DNA from: an uncultured Acidimicrobiia bacterium
GTDB taxonomy: Bacteria > Actinomycetota > Acidimicrobiia > Spongiisociales > UBA11373
Direction: 5' to 3'
Length of the DNA stretch: 64,000 bases
NCBI GenBank assembly: GCA_963796115.1
Contig: CAWCKE010000006.1
Span: 24,409 to 88,408, forward strand
The stretch's first letter is position 1. Each line of letters starts with the position of its first letter. This document shows positions 8,510 through 17,618 of the stretch, one piece after another. The translations under genes were made by a program, and so were the position numbers. The notes beneath the pieces are model-generated. The model did not search any database, had not been told where the DNA came from, and was given only the letters and a program-made list of their open reading frames with translations.

Positions 8510-9305
8510 CGTCTTCGGGAGCGCCCTGTGGAGCCGGCGGCGCTCCCTGGCCTGGTGGATCGGTGGCTCGTTCGTCTACCTGATCTTCCTCGGCAGCGTC
8601 TTCCCGACGTTCAGGGACAACGCCGCCGAGTTCGAGCGGGTGCTGGACAGCTACCCGGAGGCCCTTCGGGCGATGTTCAACATCGTCCAGGGTGCCTCGT
8701 TCGGCAGCGGCCCCGGGTTCCTGCACATGGAGCTGTTCTCCTTCATGATCCCGTTGGTGCTCATCGTCTTCGCGGTCGGCTTCGGGGCCCGGGCGATCGC
8801 CGGTGAAGAGGAGGAGGGGCTCCTCGACCTGGTGCTCTCGGCCCCCATCACCCGGCGCCGGGTGCTCGCCCAGCAGTTCGCCGCCATGACCGTGGGCACG
8901 TCTCTGATCGGGGTGTTCATGGGCTTGGCGATCGTCCTCGCCGGGGCCGCCTTCGACATGGGATTGGACGAGGCCAACGTGGTGGCGGCCATGCTGAGCG
9001 CCGTGCTGGTCGCCCTGGTCTTCGGGGCGCTGGCGCTGGCGCTGGGAGCCGCGACCGGCCGTCGCGGCCTGGCCCTCGGGGTGGCCGGGGCGGCGGCGGT
9101 CGCCGCCTACCTGATCTTCGCCCTGGCCGAGATGGTGCCTTGGTTGGGGACCATGCAGAAGGCCTCCCCCTGGTACTACTACGCCGCCTCGGCGCCCATG
9201 CTCAAGGGGCCGGAGTGGGTGCACCTCGGCGTGCTCGCGGCCATCGTGGTGGTTCTGCCCCTGGTCGGCCTGGTGGTGTTGGAGCGGCGCGACCTGGCCG
9301 TCTAG
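8499..9305 (+). CDS. ABC-2 family transporter permease
   Basis: 268 aa with about 6 hydrophobic segments. Overlaps the ATPase gene by 11 nt. Confidence 0.8.
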   Translation: MLRSVFGSALWSRRRSLAWWIGGSFVYLIFLGSVFPTFRDNAAEFERVLDSYPEALRAMFNIVQGASFGSGPGFLHMELFSFMIPLVLIVFAVGFGARAIAGEEEEGLLDLVLSAPITRRRVLAQQFAAMTVGTSLIGVFMGLAIVLAGAAFDMGLDEANVVAAMLSAVLVALVFGALALALGAATGRRGLALGVAGAAAVAAYLIFALAEMVPWLGTMQKASPWYYYAASAPMLKGPEWVHLGVLAAIVVVLPLVGLVVLERRDLAV

Positions 9306-9887
9306 TCAGGAACGGCGGCGGCGGCAGCGACGCCACAGCAGCAGGGTGGTGGCCAGCGGCCACACCCAGGCCAGGTCGCCGGGCCCTCCCGCCCCGGTGC
9401 GGGCCCCGGTGCGGCGCAGGCGCAGGATGCGGTACTTGGCAGTGAGTTCGTCCAGGCGCTCGTCGGGGAGGCGGGGGTTGACCCCGAAGGCGTAGGCGGC
9501 AAAGCCGCTGCCGACGAGCACCGCGCGTAGCAGGCGGCGCCGGTCGGGGCCGTCCCCTACCTCCTCGGCCAACGCCGTCCACCACCCGTCGGGGAGCCAT
9601 ACCTCGACCAGCGGGTCGGCCTGGACGTTGCGGTACCAGTCGGCCACCGCGCCGAACCCGGCCGTCACGTAGAGCTCGCCGTCCACCACTGCGTAGTTGA
9701 GGGGGGTGCGGCGGACGAGGCCGCTCTTGCGGCCCTTGTGGACCAGCACCAGGATGCGGCCGCTCACCGGGGGCCAGGGCTGGAGCCAGTGGGCGAGGCC
9801 GAGGCGGTACATCACGACCATGAAGCGGTTGAGGTAGCGGAACCCCCGCCGCAACCGCTCCTCGGTCTGTGGGCTGGAGAAGGTCAT
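9306..9887 (-). CDS. DUF385 / deazaflavin (F420)-dependent nitroreductase family protein
   Basis: FRYLNRFMVVMYRLG...ILVLVHKGRKSGLVRRTPLNYAVVDGELYVTAGFGAVADWYRNVQADP is the typical Ddn-like core. Confidence 0.8.
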   Translation of the reverse strand: MTFSSPQTEERLRRGFRYLNRFMVVMYRLGLAHWLQPWPPVSGRILVLVHKGRKSGLVRRTPLNYAVVDGELYVTAGFGAVADWYRNVQADPLVEVWLPDGWWTALAEEVGDGPDRRRLLRAVLVGSGFAAYAFGVNPRLPDERLDELTAKYRILRLRRTGARTGAGGPGDLAWVWPLATTLLLWRRCRRRRS

Positions 9888-9957
9888 GACGTGCTCCCGA
9901 CCCCAGTGTCGGCCGTCGCCCGGAGAGCCGCCAGGGCCGATGGCCCCGGGGTGGTCC

Positions 9958-10353
9958 TCACCCCTGCGCGGGGGAGGCGCAGGCCGCGGCCGCGATCACC
10001 CGTGTCCCGGCCAGCGACCCCAGAAGCCCGGGCGGGAAAGGCTGGTGCACGGTGACACACACCCGGGCCGTCTCCGCCTCGGCCGCGGCGGACCGTCCCG
10101 CCCGCGGCCGGGCGGCCAGGGCGGCGGCGACCGCCTGCTCTTCGGCGAGGGCCGGGTCGAGGAGCAGCCGGCCCTGGTAGGCCTCCTCGGGATCGATGGC
10201 GGCCGCCCCGGCCTCCGCCCCGGCGTCGGCGGCGAAGGAGGCCTCGCGCCAGGCCGCCCCGCAGCGGCCCAGGTCGACGGCCAGGGCCACGGCCAGAGCG
10301 CCCCCGAACAGGAGCAGGGTGAGGACGGGCAGGACCGTCCCCCTATCCCTCAA
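9958..10353 (-). CDS. TadG/TadE-like pseudopilin (Flp pilus assembly)
   Basis: N-terminal hydrophobic segment VLPVLTLLLFGGALAVALAVDLG. Last gene of the tad operon, overlapping the upstream gene by 11 nt. Confidence 0.6.
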   Translation of the reverse strand: MRDRGTVLPVLTLLLFGGALAVALAVDLGRCGAAWREASFAADAGAEAGAAAIDPEEAYQGRLLLDPALAEEQAVAAALAARPRAGRSAAAEAETARVCVTVHQPFPPGLLGSLAGTRVIAAAACASPAQG

Positions 10354-10699
10354 GGTTGCTCCGGTAGGGGCTGATCGGCGCGCTGGCCCGGCCCACGACC
10401 AGCCGGGAGACCGCCCCGTCGGGCCCGGCGAGGGCGACCCGGAGGCGGACCACGGTGGACAGCCGGTCCGCCGTTGCGGAGACCGAGACGCTCTCGGCCT
10501 CTGGGGCCAGGGCCCGGGCCAGGGTGCCGGCGAGGGCGGCGTCGCCGTGGCGGGCCGCCCAGGTGGCGGCGACGGCGGCCGCCTCGGCCGCGGTCTCCCC
10601 GGCCGCCTGCAGGTGGCAGGCGGCGAGCGCCCCCTGCAGGAGCAGGGCGGTGACCAGGGCCGCCACCAGCGTGTCGATGAGGGCGCTCCCCCGGCTCAC
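10343..10699 (-). CDS. TadE-like pseudopilin
   Basis: GTG 10699 gives VSRGSALIDTLVAALVTALLLQG (TadE N-terminal pattern). GTGA overlap with the upstream stop at 10696-10698. Confidence 0.6.
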   Translation of the reverse strand: MSRGSALIDTLVAALVTALLLQGALAACHLQAAGETAAEAAAVAATWAARHGDAALAGTLARALAPEAESVSVSATADRLSTVVRLRVALAGPDGAVSRLVVGRASAPISPYRSNLEG

Positions 10700-11055
10700 G
10701 GCGGGACCATTCGGGGGAAGGCGGCCTGGACCGCGATGATGATCGGCACCCAGTCCGGGCCGGGGGGCAGCCATCGGAAGCGGGCGGCGGCCAGGGCCTC
10801 CTCTCCCTCCAGCCGGACCTCCACCTGCAGGTCGCGTGCCCCGGGGAGGGCGGCAGCCAGGTCGGCGGCCAGGCGGGCCTGCTCGGCGCCGGGGTCGGCC
10901 CCGTCGCGGGCGGCCCGCCGGGCCCCGGCGCTCACCGCCGCCTCTGCGGCGTGGCGGGCCGAGGCTGCTCCCACCACCTGCACGATGAGGGCGAGCAGGA
11001 GGAAGGCGACCGCCAGGCCGGCCATGCCCTCGATCACCGCCGAGCCCCGGTTCAG
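10696..11055 (-). CDS. TadE-like pseudopilin (start uncertain: CTG 11055 or GTG 11037)
   Basis: RGSAVIEGMAGLAVAFLLLALIVQVVGA, then a soluble region ending FPRMVPP*. No ATG or GTG lies upstream of the RGS motif in this frame. Confidence 0.5.
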   Translation of the reverse strand: MNRGSAVIEGMAGLAVAFLLLALIVQVVGAASARHAAEAAVSAGARRAARDGADPGAEQARLAADLAAALPGARDLQVEVRLEGEEALAAARFRWLPPGPDWVPIIIAVQAAFPRMVPP

Positions 11056-11237
11056 GAGAAGAAGCCGGTCAACTGGCTGGTGATGGCCGCCCAGACGTCG
11101 CGAGCGGCGTTGCGCACCTGGGGGAGGAGGAAGGCGACGACGAGCACGGCGATGGCCGCCATGCCCAGCCACTCCACGGTGGTGACTCCGCGGTCGTCGC
11201 CGCGGCGGGCGGCGAGCCAGGCGAACGGTCGGCGCAT
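11052..11237 (-). CDS. flp: Flp family type IVb pilin
   Basis: 61 aa. Leader ends in G followed by VTTVEW (Flp G/xxxxE[YW] processing motif), then the hydrophobic helix LGMAAIAVLVVAFLL. Confidence 0.7.
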   Translation of the reverse strand: MRRPFAWLAARRGDDRGVTTVEWLGMAAIAVLVVAFLLPQVRNAARDVWAAITSQLTGFFS

Positions 11238-11249
11238 GAGACGCTCCTT

Positions 11250-12051
11250 TCATGGGGCAGGGGAGGACAGGGCGGCGAGCCCCGTCAGGGTGGGGTACAT
11301 CAGGAACAGCAGGGTGACCGGCACCATGAGGGCCAGGATGGGGCCGTAGGCGGCCAGGGCGCGGCGGCCTCCCTCGGCGGTCAGGTCGCGGGCCAGGGCG
11401 GCCCGGTAGTCCACGGCCAGGTCGGCCAGGGAGTCGGCGAGGCGGCCCCCGCTGCGATGGGCATGGCCCAGCAGGTCGTAGAGGCGCCCCGCCTCCGCGT
11501 GGGCGCTGCGGGCCGAAGCCAGGTTCAGGGCCTCGGGCAGGCCGCGGCCGGTGCGGTGGTCGGCGGCGATCGCCCGCATCTCCTCGGCGGCCACGCCCTG
11601 CGAGGCGGTGCCGAAGTGCTCGAGCGGCGCCGGCGACCGACTCCCCGGCCAGCACCGACAGGGCCAGGGTGTCGGCCACGGTGGGCAGCTCCCGGCGCAG
11701 CCGCAGGGCGCGAGCCTCGGCCGCGTGCCGGCGGTGGAGGCGCCGGCCCAGGAGACCGGCGCCGGCGCCGAGCGCCAGCAGCGCCGGGGCCGAGCCCGGC
11801 GCCGGTTCGACGAAGAGGTTCCCGGAGGCGAGCAGCCAGCCGGCGGCCGCCCCGGCCGCCGCCGCTCCGAGGCGGGAGGTGACGGCGGAGGGCATCGCGA
11901 GCCCGACCCTCGCCGGCCCCCGTGGGGCCGGAGGGGATCCGGCCGAGGGGGCGAGGTAGGCGGCCAGGCGTTCGCCGACGGCGAGGCGCCTTCCGGCCGT
12001 GCCGAGGAGGAAGACCGCCCCGGCGGTGAGAAGGGCGGCGAGGGCGCTCAC
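11250..12051 (-). pseudogene. tadC: TadC (type II secretion system F-domain membrane protein); one extra base near 11625-11632
   Basis: GTG 12051 (GTGA overlap with the tadB stop) gives VSALAALLTAGAVFLLG...LPTVADTLALSVLAGESVAGA. Sequence continues in ORF 11250..11594 as LEHFGTASQGVAAEEMRAIAADHRTGRGLPEAL...LFLMYPTL. Length 802 = 1 mod 3. Confidence 0.7.
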
Positions 12052-12851
12052 GTGAAGACCCTCGGCATGCGGGAGAGGCGGGCCGCGCGGCGCGACAGCC
12101 AGAAGCCGACCGTGGTGGCGGCGAGGCCGATGAGTACCACCATCGTCCCCGTCCGGGTGGAGTAGGCGGCCGTCGCCTGCGGGTTGGTGGCGGTGGTCAG
12201 GAGGAGCAGCGCCCAGGGGGCGCCGAGGGCGACGCCGGCGGTGAGGCGCTGTTCGGTGAGGGCGGCCTGGTGGGCGCGGCGCAGGCGCAGTTCGTCGGCG
12301 ACCGAGGAGGCGAGGCTGGAGAGCACCGCTCCCACTCGCTCGCCCCCGATCCCGGCCGCGGCGGCGAGGGTGGTCAGCACCCGGTCGGCAAGGGGGTCGG
12401 CCCACTCGGCGCGCACGTCGGCGAGGGTGACGGCGAAGGGCCGTCCGGCCGCCCGGCCCTCGGCCAGACGCCGGCTGAGCCCCGCCAGGCGGTCCCCGGC
12501 GCCGGCGGCGGCCACCGCGGTGGCCTCGGGCAGCGCCTCCCCGGCGGAGAGGCGCCCGCGGAGGGCGGCGAGGAAGTCGGGCCAGCGCCCTGCCGCCTCC
12601 TCGACGGCCCGCCGGTGGCGGGCGGCGGCCACCAGGGGCGGGGCCGCCAGTCCCATGGCGCCGACGGCGGCCGCCATCGCCGCGTTGCCTCCCAGGGCGA
12701 TGGCGACCAGGCTCGCGACCGCCCCGGAGAGGACGGCGAGCACGAGCACGGCCGGCCGGGGCAGGGAGAGGCGGCGGGGCCCGGCGGGCAGCGGCAGCCC
12801 GGCGAGCGCCCAGGCAGCGGCCGCGGCGGTGAGAGCGGCCAGGCCTCTCAC
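12048..12851 (-). CDS. tadB: TadB (type II secretion system F-domain membrane protein)
   Basis: GTG 12851 overlaps the cpaF stop (GTGA). 267 aa with N- and C-terminal TM segments and a central cytoplasmic helical domain (WPDFLAALRGRLSAGEALPEA). Confidence 0.75.
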   Translation of the reverse strand: MRGLAALTAAAAAWALAGLPLPAGPRRLSLPRPAVLVLAVLSGAVASLVAIALGGNAAMAAAVGAMGLAAPPLVAAARHRRAVEEAAGRWPDFLAALRGRLSAGEALPEATAVAAAGAGDRLAGLSRRLAEGRAAGRPFAVTLADVRAEWADPLADRVLTTLAAAAGIGGERVGAVLSSLASSVADELRLRRAHQAALTEQRLTAGVALGAPWALLLLTTATNPQATAAYSTRTGTMVVLIGLAATTVGFWLSRRAARLSRMPRVFT

Positions 12852-13846
12852 TGACGTCCCCCGGCCGCGGCGTTGAGGACGGCGCCGCCCCGCCGGAGGG
12901 GAGGGGCCTCGGGGGCGTACAGGGTCTCGGTGGTGAACACCCCGGCTTCCAGTTGCGGGGGCACCGCCGCGATCTCCTCGACCCGGCGTCCGGCGGGGGT
13001 GCGGCGCAGGAACACCACCAGGTCGGCCACCGCCGCCACCGCCCGGCGGACGAAGGAGACGGCCACGTTCTCCCCGGCGAGCACGCAGTAGCCCACCAGC
13101 TTCTCCAGTGCGTCCCGGGCGGAGTTGGCGTGCAGGGTGGCGAACCCGGCGCAGCCGGCGTTGAGGGCGAGCACCAGGTCGAGGGCCTCCGGACCGCGGA
13201 CTTCCCCGACCACCAGGCGGTCGGGCCGCTGGCGCAGCGCCTCCCGCACCAGGTCGCGCAGGGTGATGGCCCCGCCCCCGTCCAGCCCGGCGGGCCGGGT
13301 CTGCATCTGGGTCATGTCGGGCAGGTCGGCCTGGACCTCGAAGACCTCCTCGCAGGTGACCACCCGGCGCTCGGGGGGCACCTCGGTGAGCAGGCAGTTG
13401 ACCAGGGTGGTCTTGCCCGCCCCCGGCGCTCCGGCGACCAGGATCGTGCGGTCGCCGCGGACCGCGCCGCGCAGCAGGTCGGCGGCCGGTTCGCTGAGGG
13501 TGCCCAGCTCGACCAGCCGGGCGAGGCCGGCTGCCCGCAGCACGAACTTGCGGACCTGGATGTTGAGGCGGTCGGGGTGGGTCACCGGCGGGCCGGTGAT
13601 GTGCACCCGGCTGCCGTCGGGGAGCTGGGCGGAGACGATCGGGTCGGCCAGGTCGAGCCGGCGTCCGGTTCCGGCCAGCAGCTGGTCGGCGATGCGGCGC
13701 ACCTGCTCGGGTGGCATCACCTCGGGGAGGAGCTCCTTGACGCCGCCTCTGACCACGAACGTCCGCCGGCCGCCGAGGACGATGATCTCCTCCACCTCGG
13801 GGTCGGCCAGGAGAGGGGCCAGGAAGCCGTAGCGGTCCTGGCTCAC
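12848..13846 (-). CDS. cpaF: CpaF/TadA secretion ATPase
   Basis: Walker A GAPGAGKTTLVNCL, Asp box and Walker B RPDRLVVGEVRGPEA, His box GFATLHANSA. GTG 13846 overlaps the cpaE stop. Confidence 0.9.
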   Translation of the reverse strand: MSQDRYGFLAPLLADPEVEEIIVLGGRRTFVVRGGVKELLPEVMPPEQVRRIADQLLAGTGRRLDLADPIVSAQLPDGSRVHITGPPVTHPDRLNIQVRKFVLRAAGLARLVELGTLSEPAADLLRGAVRGDRTILVAGAPGAGKTTLVNCLLTEVPPERRVVTCEEVFEVQADLPDMTQMQTRPAGLDGGGAITLRDLVREALRQRPDRLVVGEVRGPEALDLVLALNAGCAGFATLHANSARDALEKLVGYCVLAGENVAVSFVRRAVAAVADLVVFLRRTPAGRRVEEIAAVPPQLEAGVFTTETLYAPEAPPLRRGGAVLNAAAGGRQ

Positions 13847-14884
13847 GCAGGCTCCAGGCGGCGGAGGGCCCGGCAGAGGGCGCGGGCAGGCGGGCCGGCG
13901 GTTCGGGCGGCGGCGGCCACCGCCTCCCGGTAGGGAACGAGAGCCGCCGGTTCGAGGCCGAGCCAGCGCCGGGCGGCCGACACGAGGTCGTCCGCCTGCG
14001 AGGGGCGCACCCGGTTGAGCACCAGGGACGGCTGGGGCCCGGCCCACTCGGCGGTGAGGCGGGCCGCCCGCACCAGCCCGATGGGCGAGGCATCGGCCAC
14101 CAGCACCACCCGGTCGGCGGACTTCACCAGCGGGTCGCCGCCGGGGCGGGCGCCCGACGTCGGCTACGACGACGTCGGCCAAGCAGCAGGCGGCGGCGGC
14201 CACGTCCTCGACCAGGTGGGAGGGGAGGGCGCCTTCGGCCCGGCGGGTGGACCCGACGAGCAGGGCCAGGGGCCCGTAGGCGGTCACCGCCGACGCGGGC
14301 AGCGCGCCGGTCTCGTGCACCCCCTCGGCGGCATCGATCAGGTCGGGGCGGGGAGGGCGGCCCAGGCGAACCGCCAGGCAGGGCGCCTCCACGTCCAGGT
14401 CGAGGAGCAGGACGCGCCGGCCGGGGGCCCACGACCAGGCCAGGGCCAAAGCCACCTCGGTGCACCCCGGCGCACCCGGCGGGCCGGTGACCACCACCGC
14501 CGAGGCGGTGCGCGGCGCCTCGGCCGGGCCCGCCGCCGGGCGCAGCAGGCGGATGGCTCGCACCACCGCCCCGGGCGGCGTGTCGTCGGGCAGCACCTCG
14601 TCGGCACCCCCGGCCACCAGCCGCTGGCGGCCGGGCCGGTCGCCGCAGGGGAAGATGCCCACGACCCGCAGCCCGCGGCGCCGCCAGGCGGCGATGCGGG
14701 CCGGGGTCACCCAGGTCGTCTCCGCCCCGGCCACGACCACGTCGAGGCGATGGGCCTCCTCCTCGACCTCCTCGGGGCGGTAGGCCCGCAGCACCATCCT
14801 CACCTCGGCGGTCTCGCGGGCGAGGGCCACCAGGCCGCTCTCCCAGTCGCGCGCCGACAGGACGGTGGCTACCCGGGGGGTCAC
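13843..14884 (-). pseudogene. cpaE: TadZ/CpaE-like ParA/MinD-family protein with N-terminal receiver-like domain; one extra base near 14135-14150
   Basis: The N-terminus (ORF 12848..14884 frame) runs MTPRVATVLSARDW...VVVTGPPGAPGCTEVALALAW...ADVVVADVG. The C-terminus PGGDPLVKSADRVVLVADASPIGLVRAARL... is in ORF 13843..14127. Length 1042 = 1 mod 3. Confidence 0.75.
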
Positions 14885-15483
14885 CGCGACACCCTCACCA
14901 GGTCGATCTCCCCCTCGTGGCGGGCGCTCACCAGGGTGGCGGCCAGGGCGTCGTCCACCGCCACCAGGAGGTCGATGCGCTCGCTGCCGGCGATGCCGCC
15001 GGGGGCCGGTCCGGCCGTGATCACGTAGAGGCCGGCGGCCACCAGGCGGCTGACGGGCGGCCCGTCGAGCCCGTCGGTGGTCACGTACAGGTCGATGAGG
15101 TCGCCCGCCTGCAGTTCGCCGAGCACGGCGCGGTCGCGCTCGAGCGAGAGGGCGAGGACGTCGGGCCGGGCGCGTCGCTCGGGCGGGCGGAGCAGGGAGG
15201 GGAGGAGGGGCTCCCCCTCGGCCAGGGGGGCGGCCAGGGTCCAGCCGGCCAGGTCGGCCGGGGTGTCGCCGGCCACCAGGCCGGCGGCGTCGGGCACGCG
15301 GCGCACCCCGACCGGGAGATCCTCCAGCGCCACCCCGGTGGGGAGGGGGCCTTCGGCGACCAGGATCGCGACGGTGGGCTCGGGGCGGGTGAGCACCAGG
15401 ACCAGGGCGCCCGCCACGACGGCGAGCAGCAGGCCGAACAGGGTGCGTCTGTCGAAACGCACCGCGGCGCTGCCCACCTTCAT
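14881..15483 (-). CDS. cpaB: CpaB/RcpC Flp pilus assembly protein (SAF domain)
   Basis: N-terminal TM LFGLLLAVVAGALVLVL, then the typical CpaB layout. ATGA overlap with the upstream small gene. Confidence 0.8.
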   Translation of the reverse strand: MKVGSAAVRFDRRTLFGLLLAVVAGALVLVLTRPEPTVAILVAEGPLPTGVALEDLPVGVRRVPDAAGLVAGDTPADLAGWTLAAPLAEGEPLLPSLLRPPERRARPDVLALSLERDRAVLGELQAGDLIDLYVTTDGLDGPPVSRLVAAGLYVITAGPAPGGIAGSERIDLLVAVDDALAATLVSARHEGEIDLVRVSR

Positions 15484-15725
15484 GGGGTCACCTCCACCGC
15501 GACGACGTGGGTGAGGGCCACGGCCCGGCGGCCCTCCTCCCCGGCCAGTTCCGCGTGATCGACCCCGACGGCGAGCACGGTGCCCCGGTAGCAGCGGCCG
15601 TCGTCGGCCCAGACCAGGGCCCGGCCGGCGCGGTCCTCGAGGTCGAGGAACAGGTCGCGCAGAGTGCGGCGGCGCCGGGCGGCTGAGCGGGCGGCGCTCT
15701 GCTCCGCGTCGAGGGTTTCGTCCAT
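15480..15725 (-). CDS. 81-aa hypothetical protein, first gene of the tad operon
   Basis: High GC3. ATGA translational coupling to cpaB. Basic N-terminus, then a beta-rich segment LVWADDGRCYRGTVLAVGVDHAEL. I recognise no family. Confidence 0.5.
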   Translation of the reverse strand: MDETLDAEQSAARSAARRRRTLRDLFLDLEDRAGRALVWADDGRCYRGTVLAVGVDHAELAGEEGRRAVALTHVVAVEVTP

Positions 15726-15896
15726 CTGCCGCCGCAGGCGCCGGCCCAGGGCGGCCAGGTCGGGGTGGTCCAGCGGTTACCTCTCGCTCCGGCCGCCGGG
15801 GAGACGGGCCCGGGCGGGCCCGGCGGCATCGTCTAGGTATCAGGCGGGAGCCGGCACCTCAAGAGGTCTGCCCGGCAGATGTTTCGCGACCCGGGC

Positions 15897-16541
15897 TCAG
15901 TCGGCCAGATCGCAGTCGGCGCCCTTGGGGGCCCGGCTCAACCGGTAGGCCTCGACGAACTCGGTCAGTTCGTCGCCTACCTCCTCGTACGCCTTGCGGC
16001 GGTCCCAGGCGGTGGCCAGGACCCCGTCGGTGACCGCCGAGCTGGGGCTGACCACGACATGGGAGGGGAAGTCGGCCGCCAGGTCGGCCAGGGCGTCCGC
16101 GGTGGCCTCGTCTCCGGTCGCGTGCCACAGGACCACCGCTCCGTTGTACAGATCGCTGTAGGCCAGCGCCGCCGTGGAGATGGGCTGGTCGAGCACCCCG
16201 CAGGCGGGCGCCGGGAGACCATCGGTGTCGATCTCCTCCGGCAGCTCGTAGCCCAGTTCGGTGACGATTGTGCGGGCGTCCACCACCTCGGCCCCGGGGA
16301 TCTCGCGCTGGGGGCGGAAGAGGAAGATCGCGGCTACGACCACCCCGATCCCGATGACGGTCGGCACGATCGCCCGCCGGACGGCCTTGCGGATCTTGGT
16401 GCGCCGCTCGACGGCCTCCTCGGCCCGGCGGCGCTCCTCGGCGGCCCGGCGGCGGGCCTCCTCCCGGCGGGCGGCGGCCTCGCGGCGAGCCGGGTCCGAA
16501 CGGGAGCGGCGCCTCTTCTTGGCTGGCTTGGCCTGGGCCAT
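15897..16541 (-). CDS. DUF3105-like membrane-anchored protein with Lys/Arg-rich N-terminus
   Basis: KKRRRSRSD...RRRAAEERRRAEE tail, TM IVPTVIGIGVVVAAIFLF, and an extracytoplasmic domain with GAVVLWHATGDE and LATAWDRRKAY. Confidence 0.55.
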   Translation of the reverse strand: MAQAKPAKKRRRSRSDPARREAAARREEARRRAAEERRRAEEAVERRTKIRKAVRRAIVPTVIGIGVVVAAIFLFRPQREIPGAEVVDARTIVTELGYELPEEIDTDGLPAPACGVLDQPISTAALAYSDLYNGAVVLWHATGDEATADALADLAADFPSHVVVSPSSAVTDGVLATAWDRRKAYEEVGDELTEFVEAYRLSRAPKGADCDLAD

Positions 16542-16611
16542 GACCCGTGCAGTCTACGACCGGGGCCACAGCGCTCTTGTCTCGCAGACCGGATCCCCAT
16601 ACGCTGGTCCC

Positions 16612-16836
16612 ATGGAACGGGTATCGGTGGACCTGGGCAAGGAGTGGCTTTCGGTCGCCGACATCTGCGAGTACATGGGCGTCTCCACCTTCGTGGTGAC
16701 CCGGGTGCTTCGCTCGGGCGAGTTGCCGGCGGTCAAGTTCGGCCGCGAGTGGCGAGTGGCCCGGGGCGACTTCGAGGATTGGCTGAACGCGCGGCGGCTC
16801 GAGGGGCTGGCCCGCGCCCCTCGGCCCGGCCGGTGA
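16612..16836 (+). CDS. excisionase/MerR-superfamily helix-turn-helix DNA-binding protein (74 aa)
   Basis: LSVADICEYMGVSTFVVTRVLRSGELPAVKFGREWRVARGDFEDWL is the HTH_17-type pattern. ATG 16612. Confidence 0.7.
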   Translation: MERVSVDLGKEWLSVADICEYMGVSTFVVTRVLRSGELPAVKFGREWRVARGDFEDWLNARRLEGLARAPRPGR

Positions 16837-17160
16837 CGCGTCTGGGCCCGCCCGTCGGCCGGACGGCGACCGAGGCCGTCCCCCGCCCGCTGGACCGGCC
16901 GAGCGACGAGCAGCGAGCAGAGCCCGGTCCATCCCTGGCAGGTCGTGGTGTGGAACGACCCGGTCAACCTCATGTCCTACGTGGTCTGGGTGTTCCGCCG
17001 CCTGTTCGGCTACCCGGTGGAGGAGGCGACCCGGCTGATGCTCCGAGTGCACCACGAGGGGCGGGCGGTGGTCTCCACCGGCCCGCTGGAGAAGGCAGAG
17101 CTCGACTGCTACCGGCTGCACCATCACGGCCTGTGGGCCACGCTGGAGCGGGCCCCATGA
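16833..17160 (+). pseudogene. clpS: ClpS adaptor of ClpAP; core intact from 16933, N-terminus reachable only through a one-base frame break near 16925-16935
   Basis: PWQVVVWNDPVNLMSYVVWVFRRLFGYPVEEATRLMLRVHHEGRAVV is canonical ClpS. This frame has no start between the stop at 16834 and GTG 16945. GTG 16833 in the adjacent frame overlaps the HTH stop (GTGA) and reads MTRLGPPVGRT...EQRAEPG. Length 328 = 1 mod 3. Confidence 0.8.
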
Positions 17161-17609
17161 CGGGCTTCCGCCGCCGCGGCCCCGAGATCGACCTCGACCT
17201 CCCCGAGGAGGAGCTGGGACTGCTGCTGCTGGCGCTGCCTTTGCTCGAGGGGGTGCGGCCGGACGATCCCGTCGACCCGGCGGCCCGACGCCTGCGCTAC
17301 CGCGCCCATGCCGGGGACGAGACTGCCGAGGCCCGCTTCCGAGAGCTGACCGGCGGCTTGCTGGAGGCCGACCGGGCCGCCGACCGGCAGCGGTTCGCCT
17401 CCTCCCTGCAGCGCGGCACCCTCGGCCCGGAGGATGCCGCTTCGTGGCTGCGGGTGCTCTCCGAGGCGCGGCTGGCCCTCGCCGCCCGGCTGGGCCTCGA
17501 TCGGGAGGACGGGGAGAGGCCGCCGGCACGGGGCGGGGCGGCGGCGCTGGCCGACCTCTTCGGGTGCGTGGCGGACGAGCTGGTGGGGTTGCTGCTCGCC
17601 GAGCCCTAG
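17157..17609 (+). CDS. DUF2017 domain protein (usual ClpS neighbour in actinobacteria)
   Basis: ATGA overlap with the clpS stop. EEELGLLLLALPLLEGV...RLRYRAHAGDETAEARFREL...WLRVLSEARLALAARLG. Confidence 0.65.
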   Translation: MTGFRRRGPEIDLDLPEEELGLLLLALPLLEGVRPDDPVDPAARRLRYRAHAGDETAEARFRELTGGLLEADRAADRQRFASSLQRGTLGPEDAASWLRVLSEARLALAARLGLDREDGERPPARGGAAALADLFGCVADELVGLLLAEP

Positions 17610-17618
17610 CGCCGGGCC

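Noticed and set aside
6622-9305. The methyltransferase plus downstream genes as a restriction-modification or other defence operon.
   Set aside because: The downstream genes are an ordinary ABC-2 ATPase and permease pair. No nuclease, helicase or specificity subunit is present.
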